From the NCBI GenBank assembly GCA_010356995.1, contig ML996704.1, forward strand, positions 434,001 through 498,000: a DNA stretch of 64,000 nt. Direction: 5' to 3'. The stretch comes from Trichodelitschia bisporula (lineage: Eukaryota). Under the pieces are notes generated by a model. The model was not told the DNA's origin. It saw only the letters and a list, made by a program, of their open reading frames with translations, and did not search any database. Both the position numbers and the translations under genes were made by a program. Positions 25,022-36,334 of this stretch are shown here, in pieces; position 1 is the stretch's first letter, and every line of letters starts with the position of its first letter.

Positions 25022-28000
25022 ATGGCTTTCTCCAACGGCTTACGCTCGCCGCGTGAGGAGACGGCATTTCCTACATACTCTTCATCCATTCGTCCAATTG
25101 GCAACCAGACGGCCACCTCCAATGCATCGAGCACTCACCCTGAGCGGCAGAGCCTGCACCGTCGGTTTACCACAAACACTGTACCAACACTTCCATCGTT
25201 ATCCACTTTGACACCGCTGTCACCAATTGGGCAACAGCGCAGATATGTGGCAGAACCGTCTGATCTAGCGTCATCGGTAAGCAACCTCGCAGTCAGAATA
25301 CCCAGAAATCTCCCAGGTCGGCCAGCAGCCAGCTGGCAGCTGTTGCCACGACCTAAAGATGGAATATACTTGGCTTTTTGGCCCATATCTTTACACTGCC
25401 AAAGCCCAGCGTTGTGTGGCAGATGATTAGCTGGGACCCCTTCATATCTCAAGCTGCTTCCCGAGACATCACCTGTAAACTTCTGCTCCTTTGCAATTAC
25501 GGTAGCTAACTGCTTTATCGATTCAGACCTTTGACAAGGTTCAGCAGGTAAGCCTCGCTCTGTTACTGCAATACGTTTTTGTGGGGGTGGTCGCTTGAGC
25601 ATGGTGTTGCTTCGCCTAGCTCATTCAAGACATGAAGGCGGCACATTGTTCTGAGGTGCATCATATCTGCGTAACTTCGTCTGATGCGTCAGTGCAAGCT
25701 GCCTGGTTACTGCGCTTATTAGGGATATGGGATATGGTTCTTGATACACGCTGCAGCACGTCGCGCAAGTACCAGAACGACTCTTTCCCTTCCCCTAGTC
25801 AATGGTATGCTGCAAATTGGAATGCTGACCGTTCCAGTTGGAAAGGACGAAACAAGAGTACCTAAAGCTTCGCCAGCAACGGGAACGTTTCCAGACGGAA
25901 CTGGAGACACTTGACCGCATCGATCTTCAAAAGAAGGAAGAGATGGAGCGCCTCGAGAACGAGGTCCACGGGTACAACGTCGCGGGACACCTTTCGGAGC
26001 CTACCACCCCTCCAGAGTATCGCGACAACGGATTCACCCCTGCCTTTTCACGTCCTCATCGCCTATCGTTGGCCAGCATCGCATCACCTCAGAGTTTGAG
26101 CTCGATGGTTTCGCCGCGTGCCGCGCGCTCTGGGTCCGTAGGCTTCTCGAGCTATGCGTCGCACGCCACGCCGCACCAGTCTGTCCCTGGTTCTCGTCGC
26201 GGTTCTGACGAAGAGGACAGCTACGATTCGGAAATAATCACACTCAACAATCGCACTACCGGGTAAGTGCAATCCTACCTTGCAGTTGGCGAAGCAAGGA
26301 ACTGCATGCTGTGCGCGAAGACCCTTGCATGCTGCAACATTCTTCGCGTCTGGCTGTCAATATTAGAACCAGAGGCTAACCGCGCGTAGGACCCTCAGGC
26401 ACAATCGCAACTCCGTGCCCGCCAACTTCGATTTTCGTGGCCTGGCAGACAGTTCTGACACCTCGGACGTACACTCTATCCTTGGAATCAAGAACATCCA
26501 GAGCCTTCTCAACGAAGACGATGACAAGTTGATGCCGTCGCATTATCGGACCACTTCAATTGACGGAAAAGGCCGCCTGCACATGAGTGAAAACAGTGAA
26601 AAGTTTCCGATCTTGGTTAGGCGCGACTTTGAAAGCGTTGTGCCAACCACGACGGCATCGTCAGGTCTCGATCGGGCCGGTGTGCTTGCAACCGATGGTG
26701 ACCACCCGACAAACGGCGGATGGCCCTCATTTGCGCGCCACCGTGCTGGCCAACAAAGTCTACCGATGAATACGCTTCGCCCCTCAACACATACCGACGA
26801 CTTTGACTTGGGTTCCACGGTACCTTCAGCCCGCAAGCTCACCAACAATCGGCGATCAATGGACGTGCAATTTTCAGTCCCCTCCTTTGGCGAGTCGAAG
26901 CGATCAAGCCTGCATGCTATTTCGCAGAACGGTACCTCTAACGGTATTCCGAAGCCGACGCTGCAATCGTCCCTCTCCACCAATGACATTCCGACGGTGA
27001 AGAACTCGAATGGCCTCAATGCGGCCACCAGCGCTGCGTTGAGCCAATCGACTCTAACCCACGCCGAGCAACATCTGCAAAATCATAATGTTAACATCGG
27101 TCGCATCCCCCCTTCTGCCGTCAACCGCCACAGCCGTAAGCTTTCGGCGAGCGACCTCCGCTTGGATGAGAGCAAGCCATTCAACTCGCTTGCGGCGACT
27201 CTCCAGAGCAGCACTGCGCCATTCGGATCCAACACTTCTGTGCCTGCCGTTGCTACTGCGACAACCATACCTCCAACTTCGCCTCATGCCACGTCTGGAG
27301 CCAGCAACCCATTCGTTGCTTCGATGACTGCTGTGACCGCCGGTGTGAGCGCGCCCATGTCGCCACAGACTATGAACGCCTACGCCGCCCAGGCCTACTA
27401 CGGCGGCTACGGGGTCCCGATGATCAACATGGCTATGAGCAACCTCAATCTTGGGAGCCCGCAGTGGGCCAACCAAATGCCGATGTACGGCGGAGGCTAC
27501 CCTGGATATGGACCGGGATTTCCGCAGTTTCCTGTCGCTAGTCGGTTTCCTGCTGCCGATAACCAGACTCGGGTCATGCAGCAGCGACGTCTCCAGACGG
27601 CTGAAGGTAACAAATAATCTCGCATTGCATCCACATAATCTAATGCTTCGTAGACACAGCACGCTTTGCGAACTTTAAGCTTGAGAACCTAAATGGACGT
27701 GTCTATGAGCTTTGCAAGGATCAGTACGGTTGCCGCTTTCTCCAGCGCAAACTGGAGGAGCAGGACCCGGAGCACGTCAGGATGATCTTTGAGGAGACGA
27801 AGAGCCACGTTGTGGATCTCATGACTGGTGAATGACTACACTTGAGACCGGTGTACCCGTCTAACTTCCTTAGATCCCTTTGGTAACTATCTCTGCCAGA
27901 AGTTGCTAGAGTTCTCCAACGACCACCAGCGGACAGTCCTGATCAACAACGCTGCTCCAAGTATGGTCAAAATTGCCTTGAACCAGCATGGTACTCGCGC

Positions 28001-29051
28001 GCTGCAAAAGATGATTGAGTTCATCTCGACCCAGGACCAGATCCAAACTGTCATCCGCGCCTTCGAGGGAGAAGTCGTCACTCTCATCCAGGACCTCAAC
28101 GGTAATCATGTGATTCAGAAATGCCTAAACCACCTCAAGCCACAGGACGCCCAGTTCATCTTTGATGCCGTTGGTATTCACTGTCTCACGGTCGGCACCC
28201 ACCGCCACGGCTGCTGCGTTCTCCAGCGATGCATCGACCATGCCACTGGCAACCAGAAGACACAACTTGTTGCACACATCACCTCTAATGCATTGGCATT
28301 AGTCCAGGATCCTTTTGGCAACTACGTCGTCCAGTACATCTGTAAGGACGTTTCCAGGGTAACGGACACAGCTGACACGTTGCAGTGGATTTGAATATTC
28401 CTGATTTCACGCGCCCATTGTGTCTGAGCTTCTTAACCAAACTCATTGAACTGTCTAAGCAGAAGTTCAGCTCCAATGTCATTGAAAAGGTTCGTCACCT
28501 GCCTGCACTCGTTTTTGCTCAAGCTAATGGGATAAGTGTCTGCGCGTTTCTGATGTGGTGACAAAGCGTCGCATGATCGAGGAGTTGCTGATCGCTCCGA
28601 CTGAGATGGAAAAAATCCTCAAGGACCTTTATGCCAACTACGTCATCCAGACTGCTGTAAGTAAATGATTTAGCCCTCTTCAATATTTGACTGACGAGTG
28701 CAGCTCGAGTATGGCGATCCGGAAATCAAGGCCCGCCTCTGGGACATTGTCATTCCCATCCTCCCAAACATCCGTGGCACCCCTTGCGGTCGCCGCCTCT
28801 CTCAAAAGCTGCAGGCAGCGGGCGCGTCGAGGAACGAATTCGAGCCTACCTTGAGCCCGCAGGAAGCTTCGCACCAGCCAGTGGGCCCGATTCCTGGCTT
28901 CACACAGCAAGCCAGCATGAGCTATCCTCAGACGCCAGCTATTGCGTCGCCTCAGCCGCACCGGCTCAGCAATGGCACACTTCCCGCCCATCTGCAGAAC
29001 ACTGTCAACCAGCAGTTCGTTCCGTACTCGCGCGGTGTTCCGTTCTTCTGA
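25022..29051 (+). CDS. Pumilio-family RNA-binding protein, Puf4/Puf5(Mpt5) type
   Basis: N-terminal LHRRFTTN motif, 21-nt exon 25527..25547, HLSEPTTPPEY motif. C-terminal Puf repeats: LCKDQYGCRFLQ, DPFGNYLCQK, NQHGTRALQK, DLNGNHVIQK, HRHGCCVLQR, DPFGNYVVQY, QKFSSNVIEK, DLYANYVIQT. Many introns. Confidence 0.93.
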
Positions 29052-30121
29052 ACGCCGGATTATGAGCTTTACGACTGATGACATTCACGTTAGACCGGCA
29101 TCACGGATCTCCTATGCATGACCTGGCGCATTCGTGGCTGCCGATGGCCGACGACTCTTGCTCCTTTTTGATACGGACAGTCATGTACCATCATGCATCT
29201 CATCCCCAACGATTCACGGCTCTCATGTTTCACTAGGTTCTGTCTCCATACGGATACCTGTACACTACAGCATTTTTCAGCTGCATGTCCCGGCGGCATC
29301 GGGAAACGGATTGGACACCCGGGCCATGAAGACCTTTCGCTTGTACAGCTGTTTCTTCACGATGTTTAAAATACATGAACTACATTCCTACGTCATGATT
29401 TCCTTCGCTGTATTTACACCATGCTTTGCGGCGGCGTTTACCCAATACAGGTGCTTGTCTCCCTACGTCTAGGACAAAATCCGTGATTTTCCTTTTTCTT
29501 CGCCTCTTGTGTTTGTCTCTACGCCTCAATTTCTTTCTTTTCTTCGCCTCAACGCCTTTCCATGCGCTATGAAAAAACTACGATGTATGGGGGTTGTTCT
29601 CATGGAGCTATGTATGTGATCGATGGATATTTGTGGATACATTTTGCCACTGGAAGATGGGTGGTGTGGGACCCAAGTATCCGACTTTGTCCAAGTGTAG
29701 GTGTAGTCTCATTGATCTTCAACGATTTGCGTAGATTAGGGGTGATGGTGTTTGGAGCTGTGGTGGCTTGTGACTGAGGGGGTGTGCTAGGAGGGGCACC
29801 GGGCTGGGCAGAAGTTTGCTTGCTTCGGCTTCTGGCAGTGGGTAGTTGATGAAAAGGGGCTTCGCTTCATGGTTGTCGGATGGACTGGAGGAGTGGCTTG
29901 GGGTTCACTTCATGTACTTTGAAAACAAATTCCGATATGTGTTTGGGCAACATGAGCTTGTGTCACGGTGACCTGACACTACACTATACTGCCGGCGGTC
30001 TGCTACGCATCTCGACTGCCAAACGTCCAACTTAAATACGAGAAGCGTACGGCATATACAGTTTGGTGTACATCTTCGCCATGCCATGCAATCCCTCTAC
30101 TCCTCTACTCCCTCCCCTGAA

Positions 30122-32618
30122 TCAAAGCTCCAGCGACGGCTGCTGCATCCCCGGCGCCTGCCAGATAGACGTCACATTATTCCCCGGCCCCTGCTCGTGC
30201 TCGCGCTGGCGCTGCTTCATAACGGACTGATACTGCAAAACACAGTTAGCTCCCACCCCACCCCCCAATCTCACTTCAACATACCTTAAACACAAAATTC
30301 AACACCAACGCCGCCATCAACCCAACACAAACCACCACCGGTCCCAGGACACTATCAAAATCCACCGGACTCCGTGTCCTAATCAGTCTGGACCGATACT
30401 CAAACACGCCCCACCCCCACACCACCGCAAACAGCGCGAAACCAGTGTACACCACTGCGAGCGCGCGACCTACATCGTTCCCCGCCTGCCCCGCCGCGTT
30501 GTACAACCCTAGACTCAGGCCAGAGAGGAGAATCCCAATGTGCTGCCATTTTATAAACGTGCGCTGGTTCGCGAGCCACACTTTGGCTTCGACGCGCACG
30601 GGGCCCGCGTCTTTGAGCCAGAAGGCGGGCTTGGATATCCCGGGGGGCAGGGGGGTGCGGTGTGCGCGGGCGTAGCGCGAGGTGCTGAAGGCGGGGAAGA
30701 GGCGGCGGAGGCCAGTGGCTAGGACGGGGTCTCCTTCGTCGGAGTCTGAGTCTTCGGCTGGGGCGCTGGCGTTGTTGGCCGCGGCGCCGCGGCTGCGTTG
30801 CGAGGCGCTGGACACGCGGGTCATGTCGGCCGTAGCCCGGGCCAGGGAGGAGGCTTTCACGGCGGGCGAGCCGGCGGCCGGGGAGATGGAGTATGTGGGG
30901 CGGAAGGAGGCGCGGCGGGGGGGGTAGGGGGCGAAGAGGGAGCCTACTGCTACTTCGTCGTCTGCGGCGCGGGCCTTGCGTTCTTGCTCCTCGTTAAAAG
31001 CGGTCTGGGGGTCCTTGCGGATATCGGTTTCGACGGCGGAGAGCCAGAAGGGAAACGTATTGACGGAGTCCTCGAAGAGGGTCGCGATGCCATGGACGAA
31101 TTTAGAAAAGCGCGGTGCTTCCTTGACGAGGTGGGAGGACATGAGGTCCGTGATCCACTCGTACTCTTTTTGGCCTTTGATTTTGATCTCGAGGACGGAG
31201 AAAGGGAAGCGGTTTATTTCGCCTTTGCGAATGCCTGTGAAGGGGTATTCCATCTGGGCCCCGTCGACGTCCGTCCTGTGCCAGTCTTCTGGGTCGCGGC
31301 AGGGGCGGTCTGGGTCCAGCGCGTCCTCGCGGATGAAGGTTAGGTTCGTGTCGAGGGAGATGCGCACGCGGTCGTCACCGGGGATTTCGAAGGCGGTGCG
31401 GGAGTAGTTGGCGCGCACGACGGGTTGGAGGTTGTGCGAGCGGATGAAGGATTGGATGTGGTCGACGGCGTTTTTGAATGTCTTGACGGCGGGCGCGTCA
31501 TCGCCCTGGCGCTCTTGGATGCGTGCGATACTCTTTTCCATTTTGTATTCGCCGTCGATGAAGGGCTGGATGTATTTTTCTTTGATCGGGAAACGCTCTT
31601 CTTCGCTGAAGTCGCCCTCCTTGATTGTCTTCTTTTCGAAGAGCACTTCGGGGGACTCGGCCAGCTGGCCGTACCAGCGGAGACGCAGCGACGTCGCATC
31701 CGGCTCGTGCGTCACCTTGTCGGTGTACAGCGTGAGCTTGGGGTTGTCGAAGTAGATAGAGGTGACAGTAGGGTCCGGCTCGGTGCCATCAGCGACCTTG
31801 GACGACTGCGGCTTATACACCAGCACCGGCAGGCGGCGGAGAATGACCGTCTTAACCTCGAGCAGATTCTCAGGGTGCACCCAGAACTTGTACGAGTGAT
31901 ACGTCGTCGTCCCCGGCGGGGGCTCAGAAAACGAAGCCTCGCGACGGTCCTTGCCGTCGAGCTGCTGGCGCACGAACGAGTACATGGCCGACAGGCGGTA
32001 CAGCAGCGGCGAGTAGTCCTCCTTGTAGAAGGGCAGGGCCGCAAGCCGGACCTGCAGCAGCGGGCGCACACGGTATGAGTAGCCGCGCTTGCGGTCGTGC
32101 TTCTTGCCTGCCTTCAGGAAGCCGGTGTAGTTGATGCGGCCGTAGCGCTCCAGCTCGCTCGTTTCCTTGGTGATGCGGTCCAGCTTGCGGAGGACGCCTT
32201 CGAGGATGCGCTTGCGTTCGGCTTCGGACGGTTGTTTCTTGGGCTCTGAGTCGCCGTCTTCCTTCTTCGCTTCTTCCTTGCCTTCGTCCTTCTTCTTTCC
32301 CTGGGCCTTATCAGTAGACTCGCTGTTTACCGCAACGGCCAACGGCTCAAGCGTCTTCTCACACTCGGCCGTCTCATTGTTCAAGCGCTGCAGCGTCTCG
32401 GCCTGAAAGGCAGCTACCTTCTCCAGCTGGACATTGACGAGCTCGTCGACGAAGGCGGCCTCATCCTGCTCGGTCCACTCGTCGTCCTCGCCGTCGTCGA
32501 CGGGCGCGTCGCGCACGGAGCTTGTATCCCGCAGAAGCTTCTTGAGCTTCGTGTAGTCGATGTACTTGTCCTCCCACGGGGCGTACACGGACTTGCGCAG
32601 CGTCTGGCCGAAGCGCAT
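30122..32618 (-). CDS. Vacuolar transporter chaperone Vtc2/Vtc3 (SPX, VTC and DUF202 domains)
   Basis: MRFGQTL..YIDYTKLKK (SPX), YKFWVHPENLLEVK, SLRLRWYG, VRVEAKVWLANQRTFIKWQH (Vtc2/3 rather than Vtc4 signature), TM helices. A final intron near 30285..30234 gives the exon YQSVMKQ..SLEL*. Confidence 0.93.
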
Positions 32619-33073
32619 GGTGACGAGGTTGGGAGCTGTGTGCAGCTCGAGGGAGCTCGGTCGTGGGGGCTGGGAGGGCTGACGTCTAGGGCGGCTGGAC
32701 TGCTGAGCTTGCTATCGCGCAACGCTCGTGGTGTGTGGAAGCGATAAGCCTCAGTTTGCGAGAGGATGCAGTATGGAGACAAGCTCTGGCGATGAGTGAA
32801 CGAGTGAGGGGAGGAGACGCGGGACGTCTATGCAGCTTGGGAGGGGAGGAGAGGGGTTTGCAGGTCCTGTTCTGCCTCACGCTTCCGCACGCGACCAAGA
32901 CGGCGAGACCAATTGGCCAATCACACACCCACCATGCGCATATGAGGTCGCCCAATAAGCATGCAGCAGTGTCAGGCTGCCGACCGAAAAGCTCCCCAAC
33001 ACATCCGAGAGCGGCACTCCACGTAGCGGGTTCTGTACCGTACACATCGTGGATTCTGTTAACGCGTGCCACC

Positions 33074-34461
33074 ATGTCCCCCTCTTCCGCCGCGTCCTCC
33101 TCAGTCCCCGCCTCCGGCCTCGTCCAACACCTCCGCGCAACCCTCCTCGACCTCCACGCCCATCCCTACCCCACAATCACCAACCCACCCAACGTCCCCC
33201 GCCGAGCCTCGGTCGCGCTCGTCCTGCGCATCCAACCGCACCACGCCCACTTCCCCCCCGAGTCCAGCACCCCCCTCGCAGATTCCCAATTCGTGTCCGG
33301 TGCCGGCCGCATCAGCGCCTTCTTCGAGCAAGACTGGGCCGCGCACGGCGATCCCGAGGTCCTATTCATCAAGCGCGCGGCGCGGTCGGGCGATAAATGG
33401 ACAAGTCACATTGCGTTCCCCGGTGGACGACGCGATCCCGAAGATGCGGATGATGAGGCGGCGGCGGTGCGCGAGACGTGGGAGGAGGTCGGGTTGAGGC
33501 TGTCTGAGGAGGTTGCGGTGCCGGCGGGGAATTTGCCGCAGCGGGTGGTTACGGCGTCGTGGGGGAAGAAACCGTACGTGCTGTTGTAGCTGGGGGGGGA
33601 GGGAGGGAGGGAGGGTGGTGCTGACGGCGCAGGCTCATGGTGCTCTGCCCCTACATCTATCTCCTCACCACGCCCGACACACCGACCCTCCGCCTGCAAC
33701 CCACAGAAGTCGCATCCACGCACTGGGTGCCTTTGCGGGCGCTCCTCTCCCCCGCACAACGCACATACTGGTACCAAGACATCGCGAGCCGAGTTGCGAA
33801 AACGGATCTGGGCATGAAATTCCACCAGCTCGCGGTAGGCGACATGATGTTCGCAGCCGTCCGTCTCGTCCCCTCCGAAACCAAGCACTGCACCTCCATC
33901 GCCGAGTTCTTGCCCGACGAGCCCATACACGCAGAGCGCGATACTACGAATCTAACCGTCCCGCTGTTTGGCGTGCCGAAGACGCCGCCCCGGCCTGTTG
34001 ACGGCCCGCTGCTGCTTTGGGGTCTTTCGTTGGGGGTCATGGGTGATCTGCTCGATATGCTGCCGCCGTATACCGCGTTCCAGGCGTGGACGTATCCGAC
34101 GTTTACGGCGCCGGATATAAAGCTCGTTTTGTGGATCCTGTCGTACCGCTTTCGCGCGCGCAAGCAGAAGGAGATTGAGCGCGGGCGCCGCGCTGTTCCG
34201 GCGGTGGAACTGGGACTGGATTCTATTGCCTTCACGGACGATGGGGGCCACCCGAGCTCTGTCGGTATTGATGGGCTAGGTGTTGGGCGGTACTACGGCC
34301 GGGTAAGGCAGGATGCGCAGGGGACGCGGTCTGAGACCGTGGGCGTGCTGCTGCAGGGCTACTATGATATTATTTTGTGGGCTGTGCCTGTGGCGTTTGC
34401 GCTACGGGCGACGGTGGCGGCGGCGGTGGGATATGCGTGCTGGAGGAAGTTGAAGCGGTAA
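33074..34461 (+). CDS. Nudix hydrolase, CoA-diphosphatase-like subfamily, with C-terminal TM segment
   Basis: RRASVAL, LFIKRAARSGDKWTSHIAFPGG, Nudix box GRRDPEDADDEAAAVRETWEEVGL, LQPTEVASTHWVPL, LLWGLSLG. Intron 33574..33632. Confidence 0.88.
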
Positions 34462-34725
34462 TGGGTACTCGCAGTTGGATAGAGGTGACAGGAATATCGT
34501 GTGTTAGAGGCATTGATCGGTAGCATAGATCGGACCGAGTTGTGGAAAGTCTCCCGAAAAGAGTTTCGGACCGAAGTGCCGATGGCGGGATATCCCCCGC
34601 GTGACATGTGACATCTCCAAGCTCGTCAGCTCAGTCGCAGAGCGCCTGGATGCGCAGGATAGCAGTAAAACGCGTCGTGACGATCAATTAGCAGCCTCTC
34701 ATCTCGCAATCCAGTACCGACAATC

Positions 34726-36334
34726 ATGACTAAAGTATTCGACTTCAAAGAAGGTGCGTATCAACCCATCCTCACCCAGTCCGTATCTCACCTCCTCAGT
34801 CTCCAAGCACAACACGCCCTCCAGCTGCTGGGTGATAATCGCCAACAACGTCTACGACGTAACATCCTTCCTCCCCTCCCACCCCGGCGGCCCCAAATCC
34901 ATCCTCCGCCTCGCCGGCAAAGACGCCACCGCCGACTTCGACCCGATCCACCCCCCAGGCACCCTCAGCCAACTTCCCCCCACCGCGCATCTCGGTACAA
35001 TAGACCCTTCAACGCTCCCCTCTCCCCTCCAACCCGCCCTACCCTCCTCCAACACCAACAACCCAATCCCACCGCCCCCCACCTCCCTCTCCCAATGCTT
35101 GAATCTCCACGACATCGAAACCCTCGCAACCTCCAAACTCCCCCACAAAGCATGGGCCTACTACTTCTCCGCCGCCGACGACCTGCTCTCCAAATCCCTC
35201 AACCGCACCGTCTACAGCCGGATCCTCCTCCGCCCCCGCATCTTCGTCGACGTCACTAAATGCAACACCTCCACCACCTTCTTATCCCACCCCGTCGCAC
35301 TCCCCTTCTACGTCAGCCCCGCCGCAATGGCGCGCCTCGCCCACCCCAGCGGCGAAGCCGGCATCGCAGCCGCGTGCGCAAAATACGGCGTCGCGCAAAT
35401 CATCTCCCACAACGCGAGCACGACGCCCGAAGCCATCGTCGCCGCCGCATCACCTACCCAAGTCTTCGGCTGGCAGCTCTACGTGCAAACCAACCGCGCG
35501 GCCTCCGAAGCCATGCTCGCGCGCATCGCCGCGTTGCCGAGCATCAAGTTTATAGTCCTAACCCTCGACGCCCCGGTCGCGGGGAAGCGGGAGCACGACG
35601 AGCGCACCGCGACCGCGCTGTCCGCCGACGTGGTCGTAGGGAGCGGCAGTGGGACGGGGGCGGAGGAACGCGCCGCTCGCGCAGAGGGCGGTGTTGGAAA
35701 AGCGCTGTTCGCGGGGACGGCGATGGATTTAACCTGGTCCGCTACGCTGGAGTGGTTGGGCCGCCATACGAACCTGCCGATAGTACTGAAGGGGGTGCAG
35801 ACGCATGAGGATGCGGTGCTTGCGAGTCGGTATCCGGGCGTTAAGGGGTTGGTGCTGAGCAATCATGGGGGGCGGGCCATGGATACGGCGCCGCCGGCGG
35901 TGCATACGTTGATGGAGATAAGGAGGTACGCGCCGGGGGTCTTTGAGAGGTGTGAGGTTTGGGTTGATGGCGGCGTGGGGAGGGGGACGGATGTGGTTAA
36001 GGCGCTTTGTCTTGGGGCGAGGGGTGTGGGTGTTGGGAGGGGGGTGCTTTGGGGACTTGGGGCGGGGGGGGTGGAGGGGGTGGAGAGGGTTTTTGAGAGT
36101 GAGTTGGCTGGTTCTGAGTTTGGGGGGAGAAAGCTGATGATGGTAGTTCTTAAGGGGGAGGTTGAGACTTGTATGCGGCTTTTGGGGGTGGAGAGGGTGG
36201 AGGAGTTGGGCATGCGGCATGTGAGTACTGTGATTCTGCTTGAGTGGAACGGAGGGCTGACGGGGCAGATCAATGCGCGGGCTGTGGAGCGGGATATCTA
36301 TGAGGAGGTGTTGGATTTGAAGGCGAGGCTGTGA
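34726..36334 (+). CDS. Flavocytochrome b2-like FMN-dependent alpha-hydroxy acid dehydrogenase (cytochrome b5 plus FMN domain)
   Basis: MTKVFDFKE; intron 34754..34799; b5 motif [79 protein letters not shown]. Introns 36099..36146 and 36221..36268. Ends KARL*. Confidence 0.93.

Noticed and set aside
32619..33073. Divergent Vtc2/3 and Nudix genes as a polyphosphate module
   Set aside because: The Nudix motifs are CoA-diphosphatase-like rather than Ddp1/DIPP-like, and I saw no CACGTG PHO box in the shared promoter.
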